A stretch of 64,000 nt of DNA from Octopus vulgaris (taxonomy: Eukaryota): NCBI GenBank assembly GCA_951406725.2, contig OX597819.1:108686001-108750000 (forward strand), given 5' to 3'. Shown here piece after piece: positions 38,101 through 50,800 of this stretch. The translations under genes were made by a program, and so were the position numbers. The notes beneath the pieces were generated by a model. It was not told the DNA's origin and searched no databases. It was given only the letters and a program-made list of their open reading frames with translations. How positions within the stretch are numbered: the stretch's first letter is position 1; each line of letters begins with the position of its first letter.

Positions 38101-41100
38101 TCCCTTCTGTACATTCCTTCCACATAGCTCTTAACAGCTATTCTCATTATAAACCTTCCTTTATGCTTTGAGCCAGTAGCTTCATCACAACTATAAATAG
38201 TAAGGGGCTTGATAATGACCCTTGATGTATTCCAACCTTCACTTCAAACGCATCACTGTTCTATCCTTTGTCCTTATAATTGTGCACATTCTCTCAAATG
38301 CATTGTCATCACTAATCTAACCAGTCATTCCTCCACTTTGAACTCTTTTATTGCTCATGTTGCTACTTCATATGGAACTCTATTGAAAGCTTTCTTCAGA
38401 TCAATAAACACAAGAACCAATTTATTCCTCTTGATCATGCACTCATCATCATAATGTCCACTTTTCCTTCCTTGCATGGGTTGGACAGTGCTTCAAAGTA
38501 GATTTTCTATTGTAAGATGCTCATCCAGTCACCAACCTTTACCTTTTTCTAAGCAAGGTAATATTTCCCCATGACCAGACATGTTTTCACAGAATATTGA
38601 AAATGAAAGACATTCAGTCACAACAATCATGTGATTTCAATCCATGGAGACTACCATCAGTCATGCCTCTCCCAAGAATAAATCGAGACTGTATTTTATC
38701 AATCTTCACTTTCTTATTCTTTTCTCTAGCACTCTTTCCAATACCTTTATACCACACTCCAATAATTTAATTGCCTCTATACAATTCACAATCATGGGGT
38801 TTGCTTTTTTCTTTCTACAGATTGAGAGTACTTCACTCCTATCCCATCAGAATACAGTTTTCTTTCACCTCTACTCTACAAATCTATCATTTCTTCATAA
38901 CCCCAACTTCCTACTCCTTTAACATTTCTTCCATAATTCCTGTCAACCCTCCTGCTTTTCCATTTCATATTCTTGATGCAACTTCAACTTCTATTTCATT
39001 TATCTCCTTTGTCAGCCCTAGAACTGGATTACTCTCTTTGTTTCCATCCCATTCATTCTCCACATTTAACATTTTCTCTGTATATCTGTTACATTATCAT
39101 TGTTTTAATATCTATGACAGTGAACCATAGATAGATCTGCTGGAAACTTGTAACCAACCATAAATTGCAATATAAAATATGTACATATATGTTATATCAC
39201 TACATCCTTTACAGAAACAAAAATTGTAGTATTTCTTATATTTTTATTTTTTACCCTTATTCAAGGCCATTGGATTATGGGAAAAAATTGGAGAACGGAA
39301 ACTAATTGTAATGGAACCACGGACAGGAAAGAAAGAAGATTTTACAAAAGCTTGGCAAAAATTCAAGCTTTATGCTCAAGGAGACTTCACAGGTGAATTA
39401 CAGTGCCATTGTTGTTGTTTGTTACTTTGTGTTATTGTTTAGTTTAAGGTCAGCCCTCATCCAGTAGACTTGTGATCAAAAGTCTTTCAGCCGTGGCAGG
39501 TATAGTATATCTAGATTTCAAGGAGAATTGACTGCTATTTCTAGCGAATTGAACAACCACATAGAACCTCTCTCCCCCATATGAGGGGGCTTCACCATGT
39601 ACACATCCAACCTCACCAACATTACCACATACACATTCAATCTCACCATCATCACATATGTATACCCAACATCACTATCACTCACCACCACCATCATCTC
39701 ACCACCATTTTCTAAAACCATACCAACTTCACCACTACATCATATATATATATATATATATATAACCTCACTATCATCAGTACCATCACTGTCATCACAT
39801 AATCTCAAGACCAGTACTTTCATCACAGTTATGACTAACATTACCACCACAACACTACCACCACCACCATCAACATTTACTACTGATCCTTAGTATGCTC
39901 AACACTATCATGTCACCATTCTTCTTTCAGATTCTATGGAGGAAAACGAAGATATCACACAAGATGGTGCCTTATTCTTAGCAGTGTGTCGGGGTAAACT
40001 CAGTGAGGGGATAGATTTTGCAGACAACAGTGCAAGGACTGTCATAACGGTATTATCAATCAACTTCTCTCTCTCTCTCTCTCTCTTATTATACACACAC
40101 ACGGTGCAACAGAAGCAATGCCCTTTTTATTTAGTAATTTTTATAATACAAAAATATTTTTATTTAGTAATTTTTTGTTGTACAAAAAATTATTACAGTA
40201 GTTAAAGAAATCAGTTAATGAAAATAAATTGCAGTAGTTTTAAGAAATTCATTAAATATTGCTCCATCAGAATAACATAATTCATTATGATAAATTTAAT
40301 TAACATGCTCAAAATGCTCCTCTTCATTTTCAGTACAATGCTGAATCCTACCAGCAACACTTCTACAAACCTTTTGACACATTTCCATGTTAATTGCAGA
40401 AATTTTATCAGAAATTGCTTGCTTTAATTCAGGAATTGTTTTTGGTTTGAGGGAGTAAACAAGATCTTTCAATACACTCCACAAGAAAAAGTCAGGTGGT
40501 GTTAGGTCTGGTGATTGTGATGGCCACTCAATTGCTCCACATCATCCTATCCATCCCCTTTCAAAATTTATATCATAAAATGGGGGGAAAAAAAAGGAAG
40601 AATCTTATACAGTAGAGAATTATAAAAAAAATACAATGAAAAAGGGTGTTACATCTGCTGCCCCCTGTATATATATATTCTTATATATGTTTCAGTCCAA
40701 TGACAGTGGCCATGCTGGAGCACTGCCATTGCAATCATCTTTCCACTTTCCACCTTTGTCTGAGTGGTTTTTGGTGAAGGATGGAGTTTGATGTTACTGC
40801 CCTCTTCTGAGTTTCTTGCCGAGATATTGGCTCATCCGGGATCTCGGTGAACCAGAGGTTAAGTTCACGTTTGAAAACGTCTACATCCACTCCATGGAGG
40901 CTCCTCAGTTGCTTTGGCAGACAGTTAAACAGCTGTGGGCCCTTGAAATTCAAGCTATTGCAGTACATCATCCTTGCCCGAGATGAAGCAGTCGGCACAA
41001 TGGGGACAGCACAGTGACGTCCTGTTCATGGTCTGGTATAACTCTTTATTCTAAAGTTTGGTACCAGTCCTTCCAGTATCTTCCATATATATATCACTGC

Positions 41101-44100
41101 ATACCTCTCCTGCCTTCATTCCAGGGAATAGAATCGTAGCTCAGTCATTCCATTGATGTGATTTCCTTTGTGTAATGTCATTGGACTGCTTCAACCTCTG
41201 CTATCGTCCTTGTAGTATAAGGTGACTATAGCTGAGAACAGTAGTCCAGTCAGTTGAGGATAAATGATATATATATATACCCTACTAAATGTGAATGTGT
41301 TATTAATGCACTGAATACTATAGTCTTTGCATTGAGAAGTCTTCTCATATAGACATACAGTACTGAGAGCATAGAAACATCATCTGGTATGGATACTGGA
41401 ACTGCCAGATTACATGATTTCAGCATTCTATACTTCTTCAGTGACAGGCATCCAGCCCCAACATACCAGTCATTTGTCACTGCCATTGTTATATAGAATA
41501 ACTATGACTTTTCAATCATTGGTGTTGCAAATAGCTTTCAGGCTTATTAAAAATAAATATTAGCAAAGGTAGCAGCATTAATACCTAAAGGTAACCTTTA
41601 TACCTTATTAAGCATGGATGTATTATTAGAGCACCATATATAGATATAGATAGATAGATAAAACTTACTTGGAAAAGGATGCGTGGCATTCAATCATATA
41701 ATAATATAAATATATGCATATATAGATACATATATGTACATACCTACATATATATGTAGGACATCAAAAAAACGTTGAACACAATGAGAAACGAAAACAT
41801 AAAAGCAAAAACATAGAAAACAAACTCTTTTTCAAACAACAAAAAAAGCAAACAGCGAAATGAGACATGCAACATAAAGACTATTCCTCTTCATCATTTG
41901 TCCCTGTTTCAACTACTCTGCATTTCAAAGGCAAGAGCAATTTGTGACTTCATTGAAATAGTCCTTCCCGCAAAGCAAATTAAATAAAATTTGGGATTTT
42001 TTGCGGAGGGTGAAAGTGGTAACAAGAACAGGACAGTGAGAACAAATGGTGAGGGCTGTTAAGCCAAGATGATAGAAAAATTATTATGAACGCTATATAT
42101 ATATGATGATGATCATCATCATCATCGTTTAACGTCCGCTTTCCATGCTAGCATGGGTTGGACAATTTTGACTGAGGGCTGGCAAACCAGATGGCTGCAC
42201 CAGTCTCCAATCTTGATCTGGCAGAGTTTCTACAGCTGGATGCCCTTCCTAACGCCAACCACTCCGAGAGTGTAGTGGGTGCTTTTTACGTGCCACCGGC
42301 ATGGGGGCCAATCAGGTGGTACTAACAATGACCTTGCTCGAATCTTTTTACACGTACCACCGGCACAGGTGCCAGTGAAACGACGTTGGTAACAATCACG
42401 CTCGAATGGTGCTCTTGGCACTCTACTAGCACAGGCATAAGTGCCAGTAAGGCGACGCTGGTAATGATCATACTTGAATAGCCGCTCTGTCAACGATCAC
42501 ACTCATATGGTGCTCTTTGGACACTGCTAGCATGGATGCCAGTCATCGAATTGATTTTGATTTAAATAAAATTATAAACCTTCACTGTATATTGACTATA
42601 GAAAATAGTCTAATATTAGGGCCTATAAATTACCATAATGGTAAAAAAACGGACATAAGTATGCATGGGAATTGAAAATAAGGGGTGTGGCTTTGATTCC
42701 CAGATACACTAATGTCCATTCTTTTCTATTACTGACTTCATATGCCCTAATATTGGATTATTTTCTATAGTCTGTAAATGGTGAAGGCTTATAGATCTAT
42801 TAACAAAATTTTCAGTCACCTCCGTTTCCTACTTCACACAGAATTTGCACATGTTTACATATTTACTGCTATAATACCATAGTTCCAAAACTGAATGGAA
42901 GAAAAGGCTTGGTACATTGGTGCAATCAGTCTGCACACTTATCTTGAAAATAAGAGATGTAGGTTCAATTCCCATGCATGCTAATGTCCATTTTTTTTTT
43001 CAGTTATAGGGGTTTATATGCCATAATATTAGACCATTTTCTACAGTAATTATACAGTGAAAGCTTATAACTCTATTTACAAAATTTCAATTGCCACCAT
43101 TTCCTAATTCACACAGGATTTGCATACACACACAAACACATCTCCAAGTACATTATGTCATTTCTTTTTTCTCCAGGTTGGAATCCCTTACCCTAATGTG
43201 AAGGATATTCAGGTAAGTTGAAACTTTCAGCCTTGGTTGAAGATACCAATCTTACTTCCTCTTTTTCTCTTCTCTGCCTACTTACCTATGTATCAGCTTC
43301 TCTCTTTCCTGCATATTGGGTATGGCAACGACCACCCCCTGATGGTAGTTGAATTTTGTTTTCTCTCCTGATAACTGAAACTTTTGCTTCAGCTAGATTT
43401 ATCTTGAAGCCTCTTGATTGTAGGCTTCCACATTAAGAATTATTTCTCTAATTCTTTAACAGATTCAGCTATGAGAATTAGTGCATTGGCATACAGATGT
43501 GTCCATTCTGTTGTTCTTAGGTTATTTCAAGAAACTAGGAAGACATTCCATGTTCCAACATGATAATGACCCTAAACACACTTCAAAGATGATGACTAAG
43601 TTTTTATCATGTCACCTGATTTAAACCCAGTAGAACATCTGTGGGGTGTTTTGAAAAGGAAAGTTGTTGAGAAAAATCCCTGCAATGTAACACAGTTGAA
43701 AAATATCATTCAGGATGAATGGAGGTCAATTTCATCAGTTATACTTGGAAATTTAGCTGACTTAATGCAGTCATTGAAAGCAAGGGCAGTCACACCAAAT
43801 ATTGAATATAACAAATAATCCTTTAGAGTATTCATATTTTTATAATGCTTGAAAATGAATATTTCGTTCATATCTTTGAAAATGTTTATTATTTTGTGTT
43901 CCAATTTTGTGTAATGTTTGCATGTATAATATATTTTATTCAGTATAAATTTCATTTGATTTTCTTCGATATTATCAGAGTAATGAAAATTTTACTGAAA
44001 TGTTTTAGAGATGTACATATTTCTGTGAGATACTGTATGTGTGTATATATATGTGTGTGTTTGTGTGTGTATTTATATATATGTGCATGAATATATGTAT

Positions 44101-44103
44101 GTA

Positions 44104-44147
<44 letters not shown>

Positions 44148-47100
44148 TATGTGTATATATATATATATATATATGACGTTAAACGATGATGATGATGATG
44201 ATGATATATATATATACATACATACATATATACACATATATATACTACCAGAACTAGAGAAGTTCCAGATATGGAAGCAAGGTCTAGAATTGAAGGGCCT
44301 TAGAGTTAAGCTAGCAAAAACCAAAGTCTTAGTAAGTAGTGGGAAGCAGACAAATCACAAGTCCCTTCAGGTAGATGGCCCTGCTCTGTTTGTAGAAAAG
44401 GCATAGGCAGAAACTCCATAAAATGCACATGGTGTAAGCTTTGGACGCACAAAAGATGCAGCAATATCAGAGGAAGGCTAACAAGGAAAATAGCTTTTGC
44501 ATGTGGAAGATGCACATATACAATAAATGCTGAAAATGTGCAGAAAAAAAATCCAATAAATGCCAAGGGTGCAAGCTAGAGGCAGTAGATAGCATCCATT
44601 ATCTATATAACCAGGTTAGTAGTGCAGGTGGATGCTCTGAGAGCGTAGCTGTGAGAATAAGATTAGGCTGGGCAAAGTTCAGAGAGCTCCTACTTCTGCT
44701 GGCAACAAAGGGGCTATCACTCGAAGTGAAAGGCCAATTGTATGATGACTGTACATGCTATGCTACATGGCAGCCAAGGACATTCGTAGGCTTGAAAGAA
44801 ATGAAGCCAGTTTGCTTTGCTGGTTGTGCAATGTCAGTGTGCCTGTTGGCATAAGAGGTATCAGATGTGGTATGCAAAAGAGACAACTTCAATGGTCATG
44901 TGATATGTATGGATGAGGATAGCTGTGTAAAGAAGTGCCAATCACCAACTTTGGAAGGAACCTGTGGTAGAGGTAAACCCAGGAAAACATGGGACCAGGT
45001 GGTGAAGCATGATCTTTGAACTTTGAGCCTCACAGAGGCAATGACTTGTGACTGAGACCTTTGACGATATGCTGTGCTTGAGAAGATCCATCAAGCCAAG
45101 TAGACTAGGGAGATTGTTACAATACTTAAATATAGGTGAGAGTGGCAACAGGAAGGGCATCCAACTATACAAGATCTGCCTCAACGAATTCTGTCTGATC
45201 TATGCAAGCATGGACAACTGGACATTAAAGTAATAGTGATGAGGATGAAGATTTTCTTACATGTGAGGAATCTGGTTGAGGTTTCCCTTTATCCTACCTC
45301 TTACATGCAGCACGCATCTACTCGTCTTTACTATAGGATCTCTTCAGATTTATTTTACATCATGCAGCTCTGAAATATTGCACATGACAAGAAGTGGGGG
45401 TGTTTCCAGTGATAGATGAGTTGTTTGATGTTTGTTTTCTGTTACTGAAAGGAAGAGAGCTGGTGAAACATAATTACTTCAAGTGTTCCTTCTACATATA
45501 TTCAGGTTTCATTAAAGAAGGAGTATAATGAACTACACAAAAGAACCAAGAACCTACTTCCAGGAAATGATTGGCTAGAAATCCAGGCTTTCCGTGCCCT
45601 AAACCAAGCCCTTGGCAGATGCATTCGACATAAGTAAGATTTTAAAACATCTTTCATTTAGAAATTTTAATGTTTCACAGTATTTGTCTGACTGAAGATG
45701 TAGGTTCCCGTTAGTCATATGACCATTTAACACTAATATGAACCCATATTCAGGCTTTTTGAACACTTTGCAATCAGAAGTAAGTAGTACATCTGGCAAT
45801 GAATGGAGTTGTGGCTTAGCTTTAGATCTGCTGGATTAGACCAGCTATGATTTAGCAGACCTGTTATCAAAGGTCTCCTACTCATGACCAACTTGTCTTT
45901 ATATCAAACATAGTGTATCTTGATTTATATTACTTAATATGTCTTCTCTTTTCTAAGATGATAGGGTGTGATTTGAAGAAGATTTAATTGATATTTCTAA
46001 CAGTCTGAGTGAGCACTTAGTTATTCCCTCATTATTTCTATAAACTTGAGTTGTATCCAGAGTGAGATTTTCTGTTCATTTTATCGGATAAAACTGAAAC
46101 TGAGTACTGTCTCTTGTGAAAAACAGCAACCCTAATAATAGAAATTCTATAATTACAGAGATATGTAGTGTATCTGTCATCATAGCCAATGTTGGACATC
46201 AAAAGACAATACTTGACTTGTGTTTCATAGATTTAAAGATGTGAGAGATAAATCTCCTACTTATAGGGAACTGCTCTGACTGAAGTAAAATTTCTGAAAG
46301 AATTTAGTAAGAAAGAGACCAAAGCTTCTTGAGATTAAGTGGAATGAGGGATCTCATACTGTGAACCAGTTCCGTGAGATGAAGGAATAAAGCATAAATC
46401 TCCTCATGGATATAACGCTAGTCAATACAACCAACAATAGCAAATAATTTGATGCTTATTCCTCACAGATGGATGAATGGATTCATAGATATCCTGGTTT
46501 CATCAAAAAATCTTTGATAGGTCATAAAGTATTAAGTTCATATCTGCTGCTGTTGTTTCATTGTATATTTGCAGGTAGATCATTTATTCTACATTACCTA
46601 AATTCACCTAGCTATGTGATATATCTTTAGACTGTCTAGTATTGTTGTTTACACCACCTGTTATTATAGTCAAGAGCAGAGGTTTATCTCTTGTCCTCTT
46701 CATTGCATAAAAATGACTTTTTCAGTCACCAGAATAGCTAGAAATTTGATTTCAGGTAGAACAGTGTGTCATAGAGAAAGAGATTTATCTCTCATCCCTT
46801 CATCTCATAATACATAGGTCTCTCAGTTACGAAATCATTTAGAAATGTTATTCAGAAAGAGTAATGTTCTATACAACAAGAGAGATTTAAGCTCCCACCT
46901 CCTTGAATCTATGAAACAAGAGCCAAACAGTCTCTGCCAGCTTGTGCCTGCTATAATGATGGATACACCAAATATCCCATTAATTATAGCATTGTTCTCT
47001 CATTCTCATCTAAATAATACCTGGAGTTGTTGCTCTTTACAGGTAAACTGCAGCTGTTGATATTTACACCCTCATCCACCCTTAAAATATAAGCAGCACT

Positions 47101-47414
47101 AAGAAGATCCATTTGGTTTTTTCAATTGTAGTCTCTTACTTGAAGAAACCTGGGAGACACCTCAATATTAATTAATTAATTAATTAAACCAGCCCCAGTG
47201 TTTGACTGGTGCTTCATTTTATTGACTTCAGAAAAATAAAAGGCAAACTCAACTTGGTGGGAATTGAACTCAGAACATAAGGAGCCAGAACTAGACAGTT
47301 TTTCCATGCTTTAACAATACTGTTAATCCAATGCCTTAACCATTATCACTTATAATAGAATATCATTTGAGCAAATCGAAATGGAGATGTTGCCATCTTA
47401 TAGTAGGTTTCTTG

Positions 47415-47481
<67 letters not shown>

Positions 47482-47779
47482 GTATATATAAATTAGAAAA
47501 AAACCCACCTTTTCTCAATTCAATAATGAAAAAATTAAATTATACCATTTAGAAAAATTACATCTTATAGAAAGATTAAATATAAGATAAAACATATACT
47601 AATGATTTGTTTTATCTTATATTTAATCTTTCTATAAGATGTAATTTTTCTTAATGGTATAATTTAATTTTTTCATTATTGAATTGATAAAAGGTGGGTT
47701 TTTTCTAATTTATATATATATTATATTTTGTGAAATTTGATTTAGTATTTCTAAGTTGAATTTTTTCCCTGTAAGTTTG

Positions 47780-47817
<38 letters not shown>

Positions 47818-50800
47818 GGAGGTATAATGGACTGTGAGGTTAGTGTTGAATGATTGACTATGATCCTGCAATCTAATTTTAATATCACGTGAATTTCTCT
47901 GTTTCTATCTGCAGAAATGACTGGGGTGCCCTGCTCTTGGTTGATTCTCGTTTCCTGCAAGGCAACAGATACCATAAAGGTGAGTACTTATGTGCTCTGT
48001 TGTTATATTGAGGTTGAGGCTATTGCTGTTGTAGTTGTTGTTAAAACTGTAGTTGCTAAGGGCACCATATTGTACTATTGTGATCTTAAAGCGTTTGTAA
48101 ACACAGGGAATAGATTATGCACAAGTGCGTGTGTATATGTGTCTATTTATGCACACGCAACATAAAGATTATATATATTTATACATATTTACAAATACAT
48201 TGTGAAAGTGCCTCTGCCGGTGCCATGTAAAAAGCATCCAGCACACTCTGTGAAGTGGTTGGCATTAGGAAGGGCATCCAGCTTGTAGAAACCATGCAAA
48301 AAAAGGTAATCAGCACCTGGGCAGCTCCCCAGCTAGCCACCTCTTGTAAAACTGTCTGCATGGAAAACAGATGTTAAATGATGATGATGATGATAATCAT
48401 CATCAGCGGCAGCAGTATCACCTTACAAACAATGAACTGTTCAATAGTTGCCTAGTTGTAAACAATGACAATATCAAAAGAATGTGCATGCACACACACA
48501 CACAATGATGGGCATCTATACAATTTCTATCTATCAATTCCACTCACAAGACATTGGCCAGCTTGATGCAGTAGTAGAAGATGCTTGCCTATGATGATAC
48601 CAAAACAGCAGGAACTTGCTTGTGTCTATTTATCATCATCATCATTTTTCCTTCCGTACTGGCATACATTTGGTGGTTTTGACAGGACCTGATGAGTCAA
48701 GGGACTGCATCATGGTTCAATGTCTGCTTTGGTTTGATGCCCTTCCTGATGCCAGCCACTTTTCAGAGTATACTGGATACTTTTTACATGACACTGTCAT
48801 CATCATCATCATCATAATATTCACTTTTCTGTGCTTGCATGGGTCTGGCAGAATTCTTTAATGAAGGTATTTTATAGCTGGATGCCCTTCCTGTCACTGA
48901 CCCATGGTGAGGCTTATTTGTCATAGTAGACCTGAATCAAATAAGCATCACTTGTATGATGGTGACATTTACTTACAACCATCACATGATGCCAGTTCAA
49001 GAGGGTGCGGGGGATGATATATGCAGACACACACACACTTACGAAGAGCTTCTTTCAGTTTCTATCTACTGATTCACTCACAAGGCTTTGGTGACTACAA
49101 CTTATGGTAGAAGACACTTGTGTAAGGTGTTGTATTGTTGGACTGAACCCAGAGGGTGGGCCATAGGAAGGGTATCCAGCGATAGAAAATCAGCTTCAAT
49201 AAACCCCACCCACCCTATGCAAGCATAGAAAAGTTGTTGTGAAGTTTACTTTGTAACACACAATCATGTTTGTGTGTGTGTGTGTATTTGTACACTTAGA
49301 GGATATATGCATATTTATATACAATATGTATTCAAATATGTGCAATATATATATGTTTGTTCATTTTCTGTAGGTTTATCGAAGTGGGTCCGTGACATGT
49401 TGAAGTCCCAGCCCAATTACACAGTTGCTATGCAGTCTCTGACAGCATTTATGAAAGATAAAATGAAAGCAAACAGCTCATTACAGTAAGTAATATTTTT
49501 CCAACTGCTGTTTTAGAAAGACCCCCATCTCAACAAAAAATGTATTAAGATGTGGGAAATGTCAGAATAAAAGATTTATAATTAAATAATGTCATCATCA
49601 TCATATCTTAAAATGTGTTTGAGTCTCACATTAGCAACTTTGATGGATCATTTCATTTCTTTTGAAATTCAACCCTGAAAGAGCCATATCTAATCTCATA
49701 AAGAAGTTCTGTATCCTTATTTAATCCACCCATATTTTAACACACCTCTAAATCCAATCCTAATTTACTGCCTGCCTCTATTTCTGTGGATTATATGTAG
49801 CATTGATTTATTTTCTTTTTTGTTGGTTTTCTTTTTAGAGAAAAATCTTCCCATAGTATTGAAAATAACCACCCATCATCAGACAATTTACACATGGAGC
49901 CCATCCTGTCTAGTACACCTATAGCTAAGCGCAGCTATAGTGCTCATCCTGAAGGCAAGCCAAATAAAAATAATCTCACACCTGAAGGTCACTTAGAAGA
50001 TTCCAATAAACCTGCCCAGGATGCAGAACTTTCCAGTGTCCTTGCTGCTTGTTCTCCCAGTAGTAAGTCAGATGCAGATTTTGTTGAAACGGTGCCTCAG
50101 TCTTCAAAGCACTTCAGTTCTTTGGTTCATCAACCAGAACTGGTGCCAGAGACATCTAAGCGATCAGATGAGGTCAACTCCTGTTCTCACAGTAAAACCT
50201 CCAAAGATTCTGGCTTAACAAACATATCTCCAAGTAAATCCAAGGCCCAGATGAAAGCAACAGAAGATTGCCAGTCAAAGAATTCCAAATTGGCTGCTGG
50301 GTGTGTTGAAGTTCACAAATCAGAAATCAGTGGAAAGGACACAGAATGTAATACTGAGACTATCCTCAAATGCTCGCAGATCTCTTCAGAGAATGGCAGT
50401 CCTGTTTTATTTAATGACCTCAATGATTCTACAGATGATGCTGAGCTCTTATCAATGGTTGAAAGTGAGGCTGAAAAGAGCATCACAAAAGAATTTAACT
50501 GGTCTGATGAACTGTCAGAATCTTCAAGTTCCTCACCAAATAAGATTGCAGCTGAAAATAACTTGAATGAAACATTAAAAAAGATGGGTAAAGGAAAACA
50601 TTCAACATTGAGAGTGCCACAGAAATCTTCTTTGGAGTCTTCTGCAGAAATGTTCAATGAAGATCCAGACTTAATGACCTTCATTGAAAACAGCACCAAG
50701 ATTGATTCTTTTTCCTCTGTAATTTCTTCTTCTTCTTCACAAAAAGAGCCAAAAGGAGACAACAATAAAATAGAAGACACAAACAGTTCAACACAGTTGA

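Noticed and set aside
3018-49485. Alternative identity as RTEL1, DDX11 or XPD
   Set aside because: [33 protein letters not shown] and GLSKWVR match FANCJ; no RTEL1 harmonin/PIP/RING tail is seen.
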